Shown: positions 30,079-40,859 of the stretch, piece after piece
How positions within the stretch are numbered: the stretch's first letter is position 1
How the letters are laid out: each line of letters begins with the position of its first letter
DNA from: Gemmatimonadaceae bacterium
Lineage (GTDB): Bacteria > Gemmatimonadota > Gemmatimonadetes > Gemmatimonadales > Gemmatimonadaceae
Length of the DNA: 64,000 nt
Assembly: GCA_051859245.1 (NCBI GenBank)
Contig: JBHYGA010000005.1
Coordinates: forward strand, 641,413-705,412
Direction of reading: 5' to 3'
Program-made: the position numbers and the translations under genes
Notes under the pieces: generated by a model
Database searches by the model: none
What the model was told of the DNA's origin: nothing
What the model saw: only the letters and a program-made list of their open reading frames with translations

Positions 30079-31632
30079 ATGATGATTCTCGCAAAATCGC
30101 TTCGCCACGCGGCTGGTTGCCTCCTCGTTGGCTCCACCGCGTTCGCGGGTCTGGCGTCCGCCCAGGCGCCCACCGGCTTGCTCTCGCTGAGCGTGCGCCA
30201 CAATACGCTCAAGAACACCGCGCGCCCCACCGGAGAGACCAAGGCGCAGGTTGATTCGCTGGATCGCCTGATCGCACAGGCGAACAGACTTGGACGCTCC
30301 GCCGAGGTGCGTCGACTGTACGCGCACGCCAACGCGCTGCTTACACGCCGGCCGTGGACCGCGGAATCTGAATACGCGGCCTCGCTCGTGCTGCGCACCG
30401 ATCGCCAGGTGGTGGATCCCGCCGTGCGGTGGCCGGTGCGTGTTGAGCAGATCTTCGCGCCGTCGGTGGAACTGCTGCGCCCGCTCAGCGCGCGTGCGAC
30501 GTTGCGACAGCGTGCCGCCGGCGCGGCGGCGAATGCGCCACTGACGGTTGTGAAAGAACTTGGCACCTTTGACGGGGTGCCACGCGATCTGCGCGACGCA
30601 CCGTTTGTGATTGACGCCGACTTGAACAGCGTGCCCGATGGCACGTATCTCGTGGCCGTTGACGTGCTCGACAGCACGCGCACACTCGGCACCGCCACGC
30701 TCAGCATTGTGGTGCGCAATGGCCTCGATGCCTCCGTGGCGCGATTGCAGCAAGCGGCGAGCACCGTGAGCGAACCGCTACGCTCTGATTTGCTGTTCCC
30801 GGTGGACCGGCTGCGTCACGTGAACAACAGTCGCATCGCGCTAAATACCTTCAACGCCGCGCGTGCGTTTGCCGCCGCAGAATCACTGCTGGTACGCATG
30901 GAGAGAACGCGCGATCCGTGGGCAGGTCGCACGGGCGATCTCAAGCGACACTATCTGCTCGACGCGGCGGGCGAAATCATGCCATACCGCTTGTACATCC
31001 CCAAGTCGTACACGCCCGGCACCGCCATGCCGCTGATCATCGCGTTGCACGGACTCGGCGCCACGGAAGATTCGTTCTTTGATGCGTATGGTCGCGTGCT
31101 GCCGCAACTCGCCGAGGAGCGTGGATACATTGTGGCCGCGCCGCTCGGCTATCGCGTGGACGGTGCATACGGTGTGTCGCTCACAGGAAGTCGCGATCCG
31201 GCCACGCAACGCACGCAAGCGCTGAGTGAGCAAGATGTGCTGCGCGTGCTTGAACAAGTGAAGGCCCAATACTCCGTAGACAATGATCGCGTCTTTCTGA
31301 TGGGCCATTCCATGGGCGCGATTGGCACCTGGGGCATGGCCGCGAAACGTCCGGAGCCGTGGGCCGGTCTGGGCGCATTCTCAGGCTTTGGCGTAGCGAG
31401 TACCGCGAGCACGTTGCGTGCGATTCCACAGTTTGTAGTGCACGGTGATGCGGATCCGACCGTTGCCGTGAGCGGCTCGCGCACCATGGTGGCGGCACTT
31501 AAGGAAGTCGGTGCGAACGTACGCTATATCGAGGTGCCCGGTGGTGATCACTCGAATGTGGTTGCGCCAAACCTTCCGGCGATGTTCGACTTCTTCGACG
31601 CGATTCCGCGTCGTGTAGCGAGTCCACGATGA
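30079..31632 (+). CDS. Secreted alpha/beta hydrolase (esterase/peptidase) with large N-terminal extension
   Basis: Signal peptide; PYRLYIP, ALHGLG, GHSMG, HGDADPTV, GGDH triad. Confidence 0.85.
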   Translation: MMILAKSLRHAAGCLLVGSTAFAGLASAQAPTGLLSLSVRHNTLKNTARPTGETKAQVDSLDRLIAQANRLGRSAEVRRLYAHANALLTRRPWTAESEYAASLVLRTDRQVVDPAVRWPVRVEQIFAPSVELLRPLSARATLRQRAAGAAANAPLTVVKELGTFDGVPRDLRDAPFVIDADLNSVPDGTYLVAVDVLDSTRTLGTATLSIVVRNGLDASVARLQQAASTVSEPLRSDLLFPVDRLRHVNNSRIALNTFNAARAFAAAESLLVRMERTRDPWAGRTGDLKRHYLLDAAGEIMPYRLYIPKSYTPGTAMPLIIALHGLGATEDSFFDAYGRVLPQLAEERGYIVAAPLGYRVDGAYGVSLTGSRDPATQRTQALSEQDVLRVLEQVKAQYSVDNDRVFLMGHSMGAIGTWGMAAKRPEPWAGLGAFSGFGVASTASTLRAIPQFVVHGDADPTVAVSGSRTMVAALKEVGANVRYIEVPGGDHSNVVAPNLPAMFDFFDAIPRRVASPR

Positions 31633-32903
31633 ACACATCAATGATGGCGCACGTGGCGCGCACGCGACGCAACAGCGTGCTCATTGCGCTTTCATTGTTC
31701 AGCGCCGCCTGCGCGCAAACCGCCGACGCGCCTCAGCTTGACAGCGCCGCCGCCGAAGCAAGCAATCGAGACTACCTCTACGTGTGGACCGCCTCGGCCG
31801 ACACCACGCAAGCGGATTTTCTCGCCGTGCTCGATGTGACCGAAGACTCAGTGCGGTACGGTTCGCTCGTGACCACGCTACCGGTGCCCGGACTCAAGAA
31901 CGGTCCGCACCACACTGAACATGAAATGCCGGCCGACGCGCAGCTGTTCGCGAATGGGTTCGCGTCCGGTCAAACCGTGGTGTTCGACTTGCGCAATCCC
32001 ATCGCGCCGCGCATTGCCACAACCTTTGGCGACGTGGAGGGCTTCGCACATCCGCACTCGTTTGTGCGCATGCCCGGCGGCAACGTGCTCGCTACATTCC
32101 AGATGCAGCACGATACCACCGGTATGAAACCCGGCGGTCTCGTAGAACTGACGCCGGCCGGTAGCGTGGTGCGGAGTCGCTCGGCGAATGCACCGGGCAT
32201 TGATGCGGGACTGCGCGTGTATAGCGCCGCCGTGGTCTCGCCCCTTGATCGCATTGTCAGCACGACCAGCGACATGATGGCCGACTCGCCCGCGTCGCGG
32301 AACCTGCAAATCTGGCGACTCTCGGATATGTCGCTGCTGCACACGATCACCTTGCCTGACGGTCCGCTCGGTGGTGAATCGCAGCTTACCGCCGAGCCGC
32401 GCGTGCTTGCCGACGGTCGCAGTGTGCTCGTGTCTACGTTTAACTGCGGACTCTATTTGCTCGACGGACTCGATACCGATCAGCCGTCGGGGCGACTGGT
32501 GGCGTCGTTCCCGCGAATGGAGGGCGAGTACTGCGCCATACCGGTGATTGTTGGGCGCTACTATCTCGTGGCCGTGCCCGCGTGGAATGCCGTGGTGAGT
32601 CTCGATATTTCCGATCCGGCCACGCCGCGCGAAGTGAGCCGACTCACGCTCGGCAAACAAGACATTCCGCACTGGATCGCGGTGTCTCCCAATCAGAAAC
32701 GTCTGGTGATCACCGGCTACTCGGCGCTGCAGCATCGCATTCAGATCGCAACGTTTGATACGGCGAGTGGACAGCTCGCACTCGATGAACGCTTTCGTGA
32801 AGCGGACAGTCTGCCGCCGGGCTTTCGCCTGGATAACAAAACGTGGCCGCACGGCGGAACGGCACAAGGCGTTCCTCACGGAGCGGTGTTCAGTCGTCGG
32901 TAG
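31629..32903 (+). CDS. SBP56 / methanethiol-oxidase-like beta-propeller lipoprotein
   Basis: Lipobox SAAC; DFLAVLDV..DS..YG.LV...P....PHH N-terminal pattern; HPHSF, PHW, PHG. Confidence 0.7.
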   Translation: MNTSMMAHVARTRRNSVLIALSLFSAACAQTADAPQLDSAAAEASNRDYLYVWTASADTTQADFLAVLDVTEDSVRYGSLVTTLPVPGLKNGPHHTEHEMPADAQLFANGFASGQTVVFDLRNPIAPRIATTFGDVEGFAHPHSFVRMPGGNVLATFQMQHDTTGMKPGGLVELTPAGSVVRSRSANAPGIDAGLRVYSAAVVSPLDRIVSTTSDMMADSPASRNLQIWRLSDMSLLHTITLPDGPLGGESQLTAEPRVLADGRSVLVSTFNCGLYLLDGLDTDQPSGRLVASFPRMEGEYCAIPVIVGRYYLVAVPAWNAVVSLDISDPATPREVSRLTLGKQDIPHWIAVSPNQKRLVITGYSALQHRIQIATFDTASGQLALDERFREADSLPPGFRLDNKTWPHGGTAQGVPHGAVFSRR

Positions 32904-32953
32904 TGCTGACTTTGGGAGTGTAGTTCAACCGCCAGCCGCAATCAGGAGCGCGC

Positions 32954-34873
32954 ATGTCAATCGCCGTGACCGCTTTGCTCGGGGCCGTTCTGAATGCACA
33001 ACTTTCGGCCACGTTGCCACGTGTGCCGCTGCCGAAATCAGCGCCGGGAGTTGCGCGCACAGTCACTCACTCGAATCGTTTCCCCGCTGGGACGCTGGTC
33101 GGGAACACACTGCGCCTGTCGATCAACGTGCTGGAAAGCGCGTGGAAGCCGGAAGGAAACGATGATCCGGAAGTGCCGATTCTCGCGTTCGCTGAAAACG
33201 GCAAGAGTCCGTCTGTTCCGGGACCCTTGCTCCGTGTTCCTGTTGGAACAGAAATCCTGCTGACGCTGCGTAACGCGTCCGACTCGGCGGTTGTAATTGG
33301 CGGACTGCGACCGGGCGTTGGGGTGAGCGAGGACACCGTGCAATTGGCCACAGGCGCAACGCGCGAACTGCGCTACGTGCTAAAAGAATCGGGGACGTTC
33401 TACTACTGGGGCGCATTCGCGGGCACCACGCTTGATGATCGCCTCTGGAAGGACAGTCAGCTCAACGGCGCGATCGTTGTCGACGAGCCGGGTCGTCGAA
33501 TGCGCGACGAAATCCTGGTGATCAGCGAGTGGTTTCTCGAATATCCCGATGGACGTCCATTTGAAGTCGTATCAGTCATCAACGGCAAGGGCTGGCCACA
33601 TACGGAAACCATTCAGTTGCAGCAAGGCGACTCCACTCGGTTTCGCGTGGTGAACGCAACGGTACTCTATCACCCGCTGCACCTGCACGGATTCTTCTAC
33701 AACATCGAGTCGAAGGGCGACGGAGTGCATGACGCTTCGGTTCCGCCTGCACAACGACACTTGTCAAACACGGATCTGATCAATCCGCTTGGAACGGTTA
33801 CGTTCGCATTCCTGCCGAGCACGCCGGGCAACTGGCTCTTTCATTGTCACTTTGCGTTTCATGCCGACGAAACAACGTCGCTCATCGGTTCACCCAAGGA
33901 TTCTGCGGCGGCGGCCGCCTTGGCGCATTCGAGCCACGCGGCGGGGAGCGCCGGCAAGCACGCAATGGCCGGCCTCGTCGTCGGCATCAAGGTTGCGCCG
34001 CACGCCGACTATACCGAGACAAGCACTGCGGACGCGAGAGAGCTGCGGCTATTCGTGCAAAAGAATCCTGGAAGACTCTACACGGGCGAAGCGGCGATTG
34101 GCTTTGCGCTGCAATCCGGAGACAGTGCGCCGGCGCGCGACTCGGTATCGCTGCCAGGTCCGGTGCTCGAACTGCGTCGCAATCAGCCGGTGCGGATCGT
34201 GGTGCGCAACAATCTTGACGAGCCCACCGCCGTTCATTGGCACGGGCTTGAAATCGAAAGTTTTCCCGATGGTGTACCGCACTGGAGCGGTATCGGTGAA
34301 CGCGTGTTTTCACAGATCGCGCCCAATGATTCGTTTGTGGCCGCGTTCGTCCCGACCAGATCGGGCACATATCCGTATCACTCGCATCTGAATGACCGAC
34401 ACCAGATCAACTCCGGAATGTACGGTGCGCTGCTCGTAACCGACGGACCGCGTGATCTGACCCGTGATCACTTGATTGTAACTGGCGGCGGTGGTCCTGA
34501 AGTGCGCAGAAAATACGAGAGCCCGTTCGCTCTCGTAAACGGACGTAGGAGTCCGCGTCCACTGCGTCTGACCGTCGGCGAAACGCATCGGCTCCGCATT
34601 GTCACGATACATCCGGACTGGCGCGTGGCCTACACGCTCAAAACCGATTCGACCGTGGCGCGGTGGCGAGCAATCGCGAAAGACGGTGCGGATTTACCGA
34701 GCGCGCTCGCTACCGTTCGCAACGCGCACGTTGAGATGGGTCCGGGCGAAACGTCCGATTTTGAGTTCACGCCCACGGAGGTGGGCGAGTGGCGACTGGA
34801 AATTCGCACGGTCGAACCAGGGTGGTACATCCCGCTGACCGTGATCGTGGTGCCGAAAACGAGCTCGCCTTAG
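32954..34873 (+). CDS. Multicopper oxidase, four cupredoxin domains, permuted copper motifs
   Basis: HPLHLHG and WLFHCH...H precede VHWHG and YHSH; PGP.L repeats mark the domain starts. Confidence 0.88.
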   Translation: MSIAVTALLGAVLNAQLSATLPRVPLPKSAPGVARTVTHSNRFPAGTLVGNTLRLSINVLESAWKPEGNDDPEVPILAFAENGKSPSVPGPLLRVPVGTEILLTLRNASDSAVVIGGLRPGVGVSEDTVQLATGATRELRYVLKESGTFYYWGAFAGTTLDDRLWKDSQLNGAIVVDEPGRRMRDEILVISEWFLEYPDGRPFEVVSVINGKGWPHTETIQLQQGDSTRFRVVNATVLYHPLHLHGFFYNIESKGDGVHDASVPPAQRHLSNTDLINPLGTVTFAFLPSTPGNWLFHCHFAFHADETTSLIGSPKDSAAAAALAHSSHAAGSAGKHAMAGLVVGIKVAPHADYTETSTADARELRLFVQKNPGRLYTGEAAIGFALQSGDSAPARDSVSLPGPVLELRRNQPVRIVVRNNLDEPTAVHWHGLEIESFPDGVPHWSGIGERVFSQIAPNDSFVAAFVPTRSGTYPYHSHLNDRHQINSGMYGALLVTDGPRDLTRDHLIVTGGGGPEVRRKYESPFALVNGRRSPRPLRLTVGETHRLRIVTIHPDWRVAYTLKTDSTVARWRAIAKDGADLPSALATVRNAHVEMGPGETSDFEFTPTEVGEWRLEIRTVEPGWYIPLTVIVVPKTSSP

Positions 34874-35034
34874 CGAGCTACCCCAATACTTCGGACACTG
34901 GCAGGCGGAACCCCGGGAGCCGTTAACTGGCCGCCGAGTCCTTGTCGGTCGATACCCGCCGCGAAACGCAAGGCGTCGCGTGCAGTAGAGTCGCGGGATT
35001 AGCTTTCCCGGGCTCCCCTTAACTCTACTGAATC

Positions 35035-36246
35035 ATGACCGACCTCATTCGTACGCCCGTCATCGTGGGTGCGGCTCGCACCCCGATTGGACGCTACCTC
35101 GGCGGCCTCGCGTCGCTCTCCGCTCCGCAGTTGGGGGCCGTGGCCATTAAGGCCGCGCTCGAACGCGCTGGCGTGTCGCCGGCCGACGTGAACGAAGTCA
35201 TCATGGGCAATGTGCTGCAGGCGGGTGTGGGACAAGCGCCCGCTCGTCAGGCCATGCTGCTCGCTGGCGTGCCGAGTTCGGTGTCTGCGGTAACGATTAA
35301 TAAGGTATGCGGGTCCGGACTCAAGGCCGTGATGCTCGCCGCGCAGGCGATCAAGGCTGGCGATGCGCAGGTGATCGTGGCGGGCGGCATGGAGAGCATG
35401 TCGAATGCACCGCATTACGTGCTCGGCATGCGCGGCGGCGTAAAGATTGGCAATCAGACCATGGTGGATGGCATGATCCACGACGGTCTGCATTGTTCCA
35501 CGTGCGATGTACATATGGGACGTCACGCGGAGCATACCGCGAACAAAGGCAAGGTGACGCGCGAGCGGCAGGATGCATTTGCGGCGCAGTCACACGCGCG
35601 GGCGATTGCCGCGCAGCAGAGCGGACAGTTCGATGCGGAGATCGTGCCGATCGAAGTGCCAGGTCGCAAGGGGCCCACGATTGTGTCGCAAGACGAAGGT
35701 CCGCGCGCCGATACCACGGTTGACTCGCTGGCCAAACTGCGTCCCGCGTTCCCGGGCAGCGACAAGAGTGAAGCGCTCTCGGTCACCGCGGGCAACGCGT
35801 CGTCGCTGAACGACGGTGCGGCCGCGATTGTTGTCACGAGTGAAGCGTACGCGATGCAGCACAATCTCACGATTCTTGCCCACATCACGTCGTATGCAAC
35901 GGGTGCCGGTGATCCGCAGGAACTGTTCTTTGCGCCGATTACGGCGGTGCAGAATCTGATGGCGAAGGAAGGCACGAGCATTGCCGACTACGATCTGATC
36001 GAAGCGAACGAAGCGTTTGCGTCGCAGGCGCTGGCGGATGGTGACGGACTTGGGTGGGACGAGGCACGTGTGAACGTGCGCGGTGGCGCGATCGCTTTGG
36101 GGCACCCGATTGGTGCGAGCGGTGCACGCGTGCTGGTCACCCTGCTGCACGCGCTGCGTGATCGCGGTGGACGGAAAGGACTCGCCACGTTGTGTCTCGG
36201 CGGCGGAGACGCAGTGGCGTTGGCTGTGGAGCGTCGTACGGCGTGA
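35035..36246 (+). CDS. atoB: Acetyl-CoA C-acetyltransferase (thiolase)
   Basis: NKVCGSG, NEAFA, GHPIGASG, LCLGGG. Confidence 0.95.
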   Translation: MTDLIRTPVIVGAARTPIGRYLGGLASLSAPQLGAVAIKAALERAGVSPADVNEVIMGNVLQAGVGQAPARQAMLLAGVPSSVSAVTINKVCGSGLKAVMLAAQAIKAGDAQVIVAGGMESMSNAPHYVLGMRGGVKIGNQTMVDGMIHDGLHCSTCDVHMGRHAEHTANKGKVTRERQDAFAAQSHARAIAAQQSGQFDAEIVPIEVPGRKGPTIVSQDEGPRADTTVDSLAKLRPAFPGSDKSEALSVTAGNASSLNDGAAAIVVTSEAYAMQHNLTILAHITSYATGAGDPQELFFAPITAVQNLMAKEGTSIADYDLIEANEAFASQALADGDGLGWDEARVNVRGGAIALGHPIGASGARVLVTLLHALRDRGGRKGLATLCLGGGDAVALAVERRTA

Positions 36247-37220
36247 CCAGCCGCACGCCGCGGCTCTCGTGGCAGAGGCCCGCGCGCGAGGTGCGCGACG
36301 GGTCGCCGTGGTTCGTGGCATCCACCGGGATGCTGCGAGCGCCGTGGCGGCTATCGGTGTTCGCGGCGGCGTTTGTCATGGCGTGGGTGCTCGCGAACAG
36401 CTTTCTGTATCCGTTGCTCACGTTGGCAACGAGCGGTCTGACCACGCCGCCACCGCTGTATCCGTGGCTGATGTTGGTTGCGACGTTCGTCGCGACCGTG
36501 ATTGCGCTACGCAAAGTCGACGAACAGGAGTGGAGCGACATCGCCTGTGGCGCCGAGTCGTGGCGCGCGGCGCGTTTGTCGCGTGGCCTGATCGTCGGCG
36601 CACTCGCGATTGGCAGCACGCTGGCGCTCTTGCTGCTCACCGGTGGTGTGACGTTTGAAACAAGTGCGCAGGCCAACGCGACCGCCTGGCTCAGCACGGC
36701 CTTGCGCGCGGCCTTGTTGCTTGCGCCTGCCGCATTATGGGAAGAGCTGATGTTTCGCGGTTACCTGTGGCGTGTTGCTGAACAGAGCAGTGGGTCGCGT
36801 ATGGCTCTGGCGTTCACCAGTGTCGCCTTCGGACTCGTGCATTTGCTGAACCCGGGCGCGAATGTGCGCACACTCGGCATCGTGATGCTGGCCGGTGTGT
36901 GTCTCGGCGTGATTCGCATGGTGACGCACAGTGTGCCTGCAGCGTGGCTGGCACATTTCGCGTGGAACTTTGTGATGGCCGCGATTGCGCACGCGCCCGT
37001 GAGCGGATTGCCATTTGACGCGCCCGGATGGCGCCTCGTGTCGACGGGGCCGGCGTGGTGGAGCGGCGGCGCGTGGGGGCCCGAGGGTGGCGTTGCCGCC
37101 GTGCTGGTATTGTGCAGTGCATTGGGCGCGTACGCGGTGTGGACGTCACGCGCGCGAGCCGTCAACTCATCGAACATTGGTGCGCAGTCGTTCGTGACTG
37201 TGCCTTCAGGGAGCAGATAG
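36243..37220 (+). CDS. CPBP intramembrane metalloprotease with intact motifs
   Basis: EELMFRG, FGLVH, AHFAWN; GTG 36243 overlaps the thiolase stop. Confidence 0.85.
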   Translation: MTSRTPRLSWQRPAREVRDGSPWFVASTGMLRAPWRLSVFAAAFVMAWVLANSFLYPLLTLATSGLTTPPPLYPWLMLVATFVATVIALRKVDEQEWSDIACGAESWRAARLSRGLIVGALAIGSTLALLLLTGGVTFETSAQANATAWLSTALRAALLLAPAALWEELMFRGYLWRVAEQSSGSRMALAFTSVAFGLVHLLNPGANVRTLGIVMLAGVCLGVIRMVTHSVPAAWLAHFAWNFVMAAIAHAPVSGLPFDAPGWRLVSTGPAWWSGGAWGPEGGVAAVLVLCSALGAYAVWTSRARAVNSSNIGAQSFVTVPSGSR

Positions 37221-37221
37221 C

Positions 37222-38076
37222 ATGGCCGATCGGATTGCGGTGATTGGGGCGGGGCAGATGGGCAACGGCATCGCCCATGTATTTGCCGTTGGCGGTCACG
37301 ATGTCACGATGATCGATGTGAGTAGCGACGCGCTTGAGCGCGGACGCGGCACGATTGCCAAGAACCTTGAGCGTCAGGTCAAGAAGGGCGGCATCGAGTC
37401 GAGTGCGGCCGATGCGGCGCTGGCACGAGTGGCCGTGAACACATCGCTTGATGCGCTCGCCAACGCGGATCTGGTCATTGAAGCGGCCACCGAGCGCCGC
37501 GACCTCAAGTTTCAGATTTTTGCCGACGCGGATCGGATCGCACCGACGCACGCAATTCTTGCGTCGAACACCAGTTCCATTTCGATCACCGAAATTGCCG
37601 CGCGTACCAAGCGGCCGGAACAGGTCATCGGCATGCACTTCATGAATCCCGTGCCGGTCATGCAACTCGTGGAAGTCATTCGCGGGTTGGCCACGAGTGA
37701 AGAGACCACCGCGCGTGTCATGGAATCCGCGCGTGCGTTAGGAAAAACGCCGGTTGAAGCAAACGATTATCCAGGGTTCGTTGCCAATCGCATTCTCATG
37801 CCGATGATCAATGAAGCGATCTACTGCGTGATGGAAGGTGTGGGGACGCCCGAGGCGATCGACACGGTCATGAAGCTTGGCATGAACCATCCCATGGGAC
37901 CGCTCACGCTGGCGGATTTTATCGGCCTCGACACGTGTCTCGCGATCATGGACGTACTGCACGAAGGCATGGGCGACTCCAAGTACCGCGCCTGCCCGCT
38001 TCTGCGAAAGTATGTCGCGGCCGGATGGCTCGGTCGAAAGAGCGGCCGCGGCTTTTACGATTACCGGACCACCTGA
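37222..38076 (+). CDS. hbd: 3-hydroxybutyryl-CoA dehydrogenase
   Basis: [29 protein letters not shown]. Confidence 0.95.
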   Translation: MADRIAVIGAGQMGNGIAHVFAVGGHDVTMIDVSSDALERGRGTIAKNLERQVKKGGIESSAADAALARVAVNTSLDALANADLVIEAATERRDLKFQIFADADRIAPTHAILASNTSSISITEIAARTKRPEQVIGMHFMNPVPVMQLVEVIRGLATSEETTARVMESARALGKTPVEANDYPGFVANRILMPMINEAIYCVMEGVGTPEAIDTVMKLGMNHPMGPLTLADFIGLDTCLAIMDVLHEGMGDSKYRACPLLRKYVAAGWLGRKSGRGFYDYRTT

Positions 38077-39266
38077 TGTCACTGCTTCTGTATACGGAGT
38101 TGCAGCGCGAGATTCAGCGCACCGCGCGCGAGTTTGCCCAGCGCGAGTTGGCGCCCATCGCCGCTGAACTCGACCGCGAAGCGCGATTTGAACACGCGCT
38201 CGTGAAACGCCTGTCGGAACTCGGCTTCCTGGGCATGCTCATTCCCGAGCAGTGGGATGGCCTCGGACTTGATGCCGGCTCATACCTGCTGGCGCTTGAA
38301 GAAATCGCGGTTGCCGATGCGTCGGCCGCGGTGCTGATGAGTGTGCACAACTCGTTGCCCACGCAGATGCTGCTCAACTATGGCAATGACGCGCAGCGTG
38401 AGCAGTTCCTGAAGCCTATGGCGCGTGGCGAAATGCTTGGCGCGTTTGCGCTCTCCGAGCCAGATGCCGGCAGTGACGCGGCGGGGCTGCGCACGCAGGC
38501 GGTGCGAGATGGTGACGACTACATACTCACCGGCACCAAGGCCTGGGTCTCGCACGGCACGCACGCCGATGTGATTCTGGCCATGGCGCGCACCGACGTG
38601 AGCGACGCGCGCGCCGGCGCCAAGGGCATCTCCACGTTCATTCTCACGCCTGATCTACCCGGCTTCAGCGTGGGGAAGAAAGAAGACAAAATGGGTTTGC
38701 GCTCGTCGCCCACCGTGCAGATCAATCTCGACAACTGCCGAGTGCCTGCTGACCGCCTGCTCGGCGAAGAAGGCCGTGGCTTCATGTACGCGCTCGCGTC
38801 ACTCGATCACGGTCGACTCGGGATTGCTGCGCAGGCCATCGGCATCGCGCGTGCGGCGCTTGAAGCGGCGGCGCAGTACGCCACGGAGCGCAAACAGTTC
38901 GGCGAAGCGATTGCCGGATTTCAGATCATTCAGTTCAAGCTGGCCGATATGGCCACGCGCATTACGGCGGCGCGCACGTTGTTGCACGCTGCGGCCGCCG
39001 CGAAAGAGCGTGGCGAGCGCATTACCCGATTTAGCTCCATGGCCAAGTTGTTCGCCACGGAGACTGCCATGTGGGTTACCTCCGAAGCCATTCAGATTCA
39101 TGGTGGCTACGGTTACGTGACCGACTATCCGGTCGAACGCCATTTCCGCGACGCCAAGGTGACGGAGATTTACGAAGGCACCTCGGAGATTCAGCGGATT
39201 GTGATTGCGCGCGACCTTCTTGCTGCCGTGTCGCAGGGCGACATACACGGCCACCTCACCGACTGA
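38076..39266 (+). CDS. Acyl-CoA dehydrogenase
   Basis: FALSEPDAGSD, GTKAWVS, KMG, QIHGGYGY, IYEGTSEIQ; TGATG coupling. Confidence 0.95.
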   Translation: MSLLLYTELQREIQRTAREFAQRELAPIAAELDREARFEHALVKRLSELGFLGMLIPEQWDGLGLDAGSYLLALEEIAVADASAAVLMSVHNSLPTQMLLNYGNDAQREQFLKPMARGEMLGAFALSEPDAGSDAAGLRTQAVRDGDDYILTGTKAWVSHGTHADVILAMARTDVSDARAGAKGISTFILTPDLPGFSVGKKEDKMGLRSSPTVQINLDNCRVPADRLLGEEGRGFMYALASLDHGRLGIAAQAIGIARAALEAAAQYATERKQFGEAIAGFQIIQFKLADMATRITAARTLLHAAAAAKERGERITRFSSMAKLFATETAMWVTSEAIQIHGGYGYVTDYPVERHFRDAKVTEIYEGTSEIQRIVIARDLLAAVSQGDIHGHLTD

Positions 39267-39277
39267 TACTCCCCTCT

Positions 39278-40354
39278 ATGCAATTCTTCGAAACCATCGC
39301 CGACATGGGCCACGAGCAGCTGGTCATGTGTCATGACCGCGCCAGCGGCTACCGCGGCATTATTGCGATCCACGATACCACACTTGGTCCGGCACTCGGC
39401 GGACTGCGCTTCTGGAATTACAAGACAGACGAAGAAGCGATTGTGGACGCGCTGCGGCTCTCGCGCGGCATGACGTACAAGAACGCCGTGGCCGGATTGA
39501 ATCTTGGTGGTGGAAAGGCGGTGATGATCGGTGATAACCGCACCGCAAATCGCGAGATGTTGTTCCGCGCGCACGGACGTTTTGTGGATTCGCTCGGTGG
39601 CCGCTACATCACGGCCGAAGATGTTGGTACCAGCGTGGAAGACATGGACTTCGTGCACATGGAAACGAAGCATGTCACCGGCATTGGCTCCAAGTCGGGC
39701 GATCCGTCGAGCGTGACAGCGCACGGTGTGTTTCGGGCGATCGAAGCGTCGGCGCACGAGCGGTGGGGCAGTGATTCGTTGCAGGGCAAGCGCGTGGCGA
39801 TTCAGGGCTGCGGCAACGTGGGATTGCATCTCGCCAAGGAGCTGTATGCGGCCGGTGCAACGCTTGTGGTTACCGACATTGACGAGTTCCGCATCAAGCG
39901 CGTGGTGGACGCGACCGGAGCCGAGGTGGTGGCGCCGGACGCGATTTACGGCCAGCAGGCCGACATCTTTGCGCCGTGTGCACTCGGTGGCGTGATCAAC
40001 GACACAACCATTCCGCAACTGCGTGTGGAGATTGTGGCAGGCGCGGCGAACAATCAGCTGCTTGAAGATCGCCACGGCGACGAACTCGCGGCGAAGGGTA
40101 TTCTCTACGCGCCCGACTATGTGGTGAACGCGGGTGGTGTGATCAATGTGTACAGCGAGCTCACCGGCTGGACGCGCGATCGTGCACTTCGCAAAGCTGA
40201 CGAAATTTACGAAACGGTGCTGAGTGTGTTCCGCCTCGCAAAGCGCGACGGTGTGCCGACGTATCGTGCCGCCGATCTTGTCGCGGAGCAGCGCATCAGC
40301 GCGGTGCGTGCAATGGTGCGGCAGTGGCCGCAGTACCCCAACAAGGAGACCTGA
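39278..40354 (+). CDS. Leucine dehydrogenase (Glu/Leu/Phe/Val dehydrogenase)
   Basis: GPALGG, GMTYKN, GGGKAV, TAEDVG, GAANNQL, NAGGVI. Confidence 0.93.
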   Translation: MQFFETIADMGHEQLVMCHDRASGYRGIIAIHDTTLGPALGGLRFWNYKTDEEAIVDALRLSRGMTYKNAVAGLNLGGGKAVMIGDNRTANREMLFRAHGRFVDSLGGRYITAEDVGTSVEDMDFVHMETKHVTGIGSKSGDPSSVTAHGVFRAIEASAHERWGSDSLQGKRVAIQGCGNVGLHLAKELYAAGATLVVTDIDEFRIKRVVDATGAEVVAPDAIYGQQADIFAPCALGGVINDTTIPQLRVEIVAGAANNQLLEDRHGDELAAKGILYAPDYVVNAGGVINVYSELTGWTRDRALRKADEIYETVLSVFRLAKRDGVPTYRAADLVAEQRISAVRAMVRQWPQYPNKET

Positions 40355-40373
40355 GCGCAGGCTCAGGACACAC

Positions 40374-40859
40374 ATGGCCGAACGCATTCCCATCGCATCT
40401 GATCACGCAGGCTTTGAGCTCAAGGAACGACTGCGCACCGTGCTCAGTGACGCGGGCTTTGATGTCGATGACATCGGCACGCATGGCACCGCCAGTACGG
40501 ATTACGCCGACTACGCGCATCCGCTGGCACAGCAGGTGTCCGATGGGACAGTGCAGCGCGGTGTGCTGTTGTGCGGCACGGGCCTTGGCATGTCGTACAC
40601 GGCCAACCGCTATCCTGGCGTGCGCGCCGCCGTCGCCTGGAGTCCCGAGGTGGCGGAACTGGCGCGCAAGCACAATGATGCCAATGTGCTCGTGCTGCCG
40701 GCGCGGTTTCTGTCTGACGAAGATGGCATTGCGATTTTGCAGCGTTGGCTCGAGACGGACTTTGAAGGTGGTCGACACGAGCGTCGTGTCGCCAAGATTG
40801 AGCGGGACGATGAAGCACCAGAGTCAGCAGACGATGCGTCTGCGGGAGTGCGGGAATGA
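40374..40859 (+). CDS. rpiB: Ribose-5-phosphate isomerase B
   Basis: [29 protein letters not shown]. Confidence 0.95.
   Translation: MAERIPIASDHAGFELKERLRTVLSDAGFDVDDIGTHGTASTDYADYAHPLAQQVSDGTVQRGVLLCGTGLGMSYTANRYPGVRAAVAWSPEVAELARKHNDANVLVLPARFLSDEDGIAILQRWLETDFEGGRHERRVAKIERDDEAPESADDASAGVRE

Noticed and set aside
39191..40393. 400-aa minus-strand ORF
   Set aside because: Antisense shadow of leucine dehydrogenase, expected in high-GC DNA.
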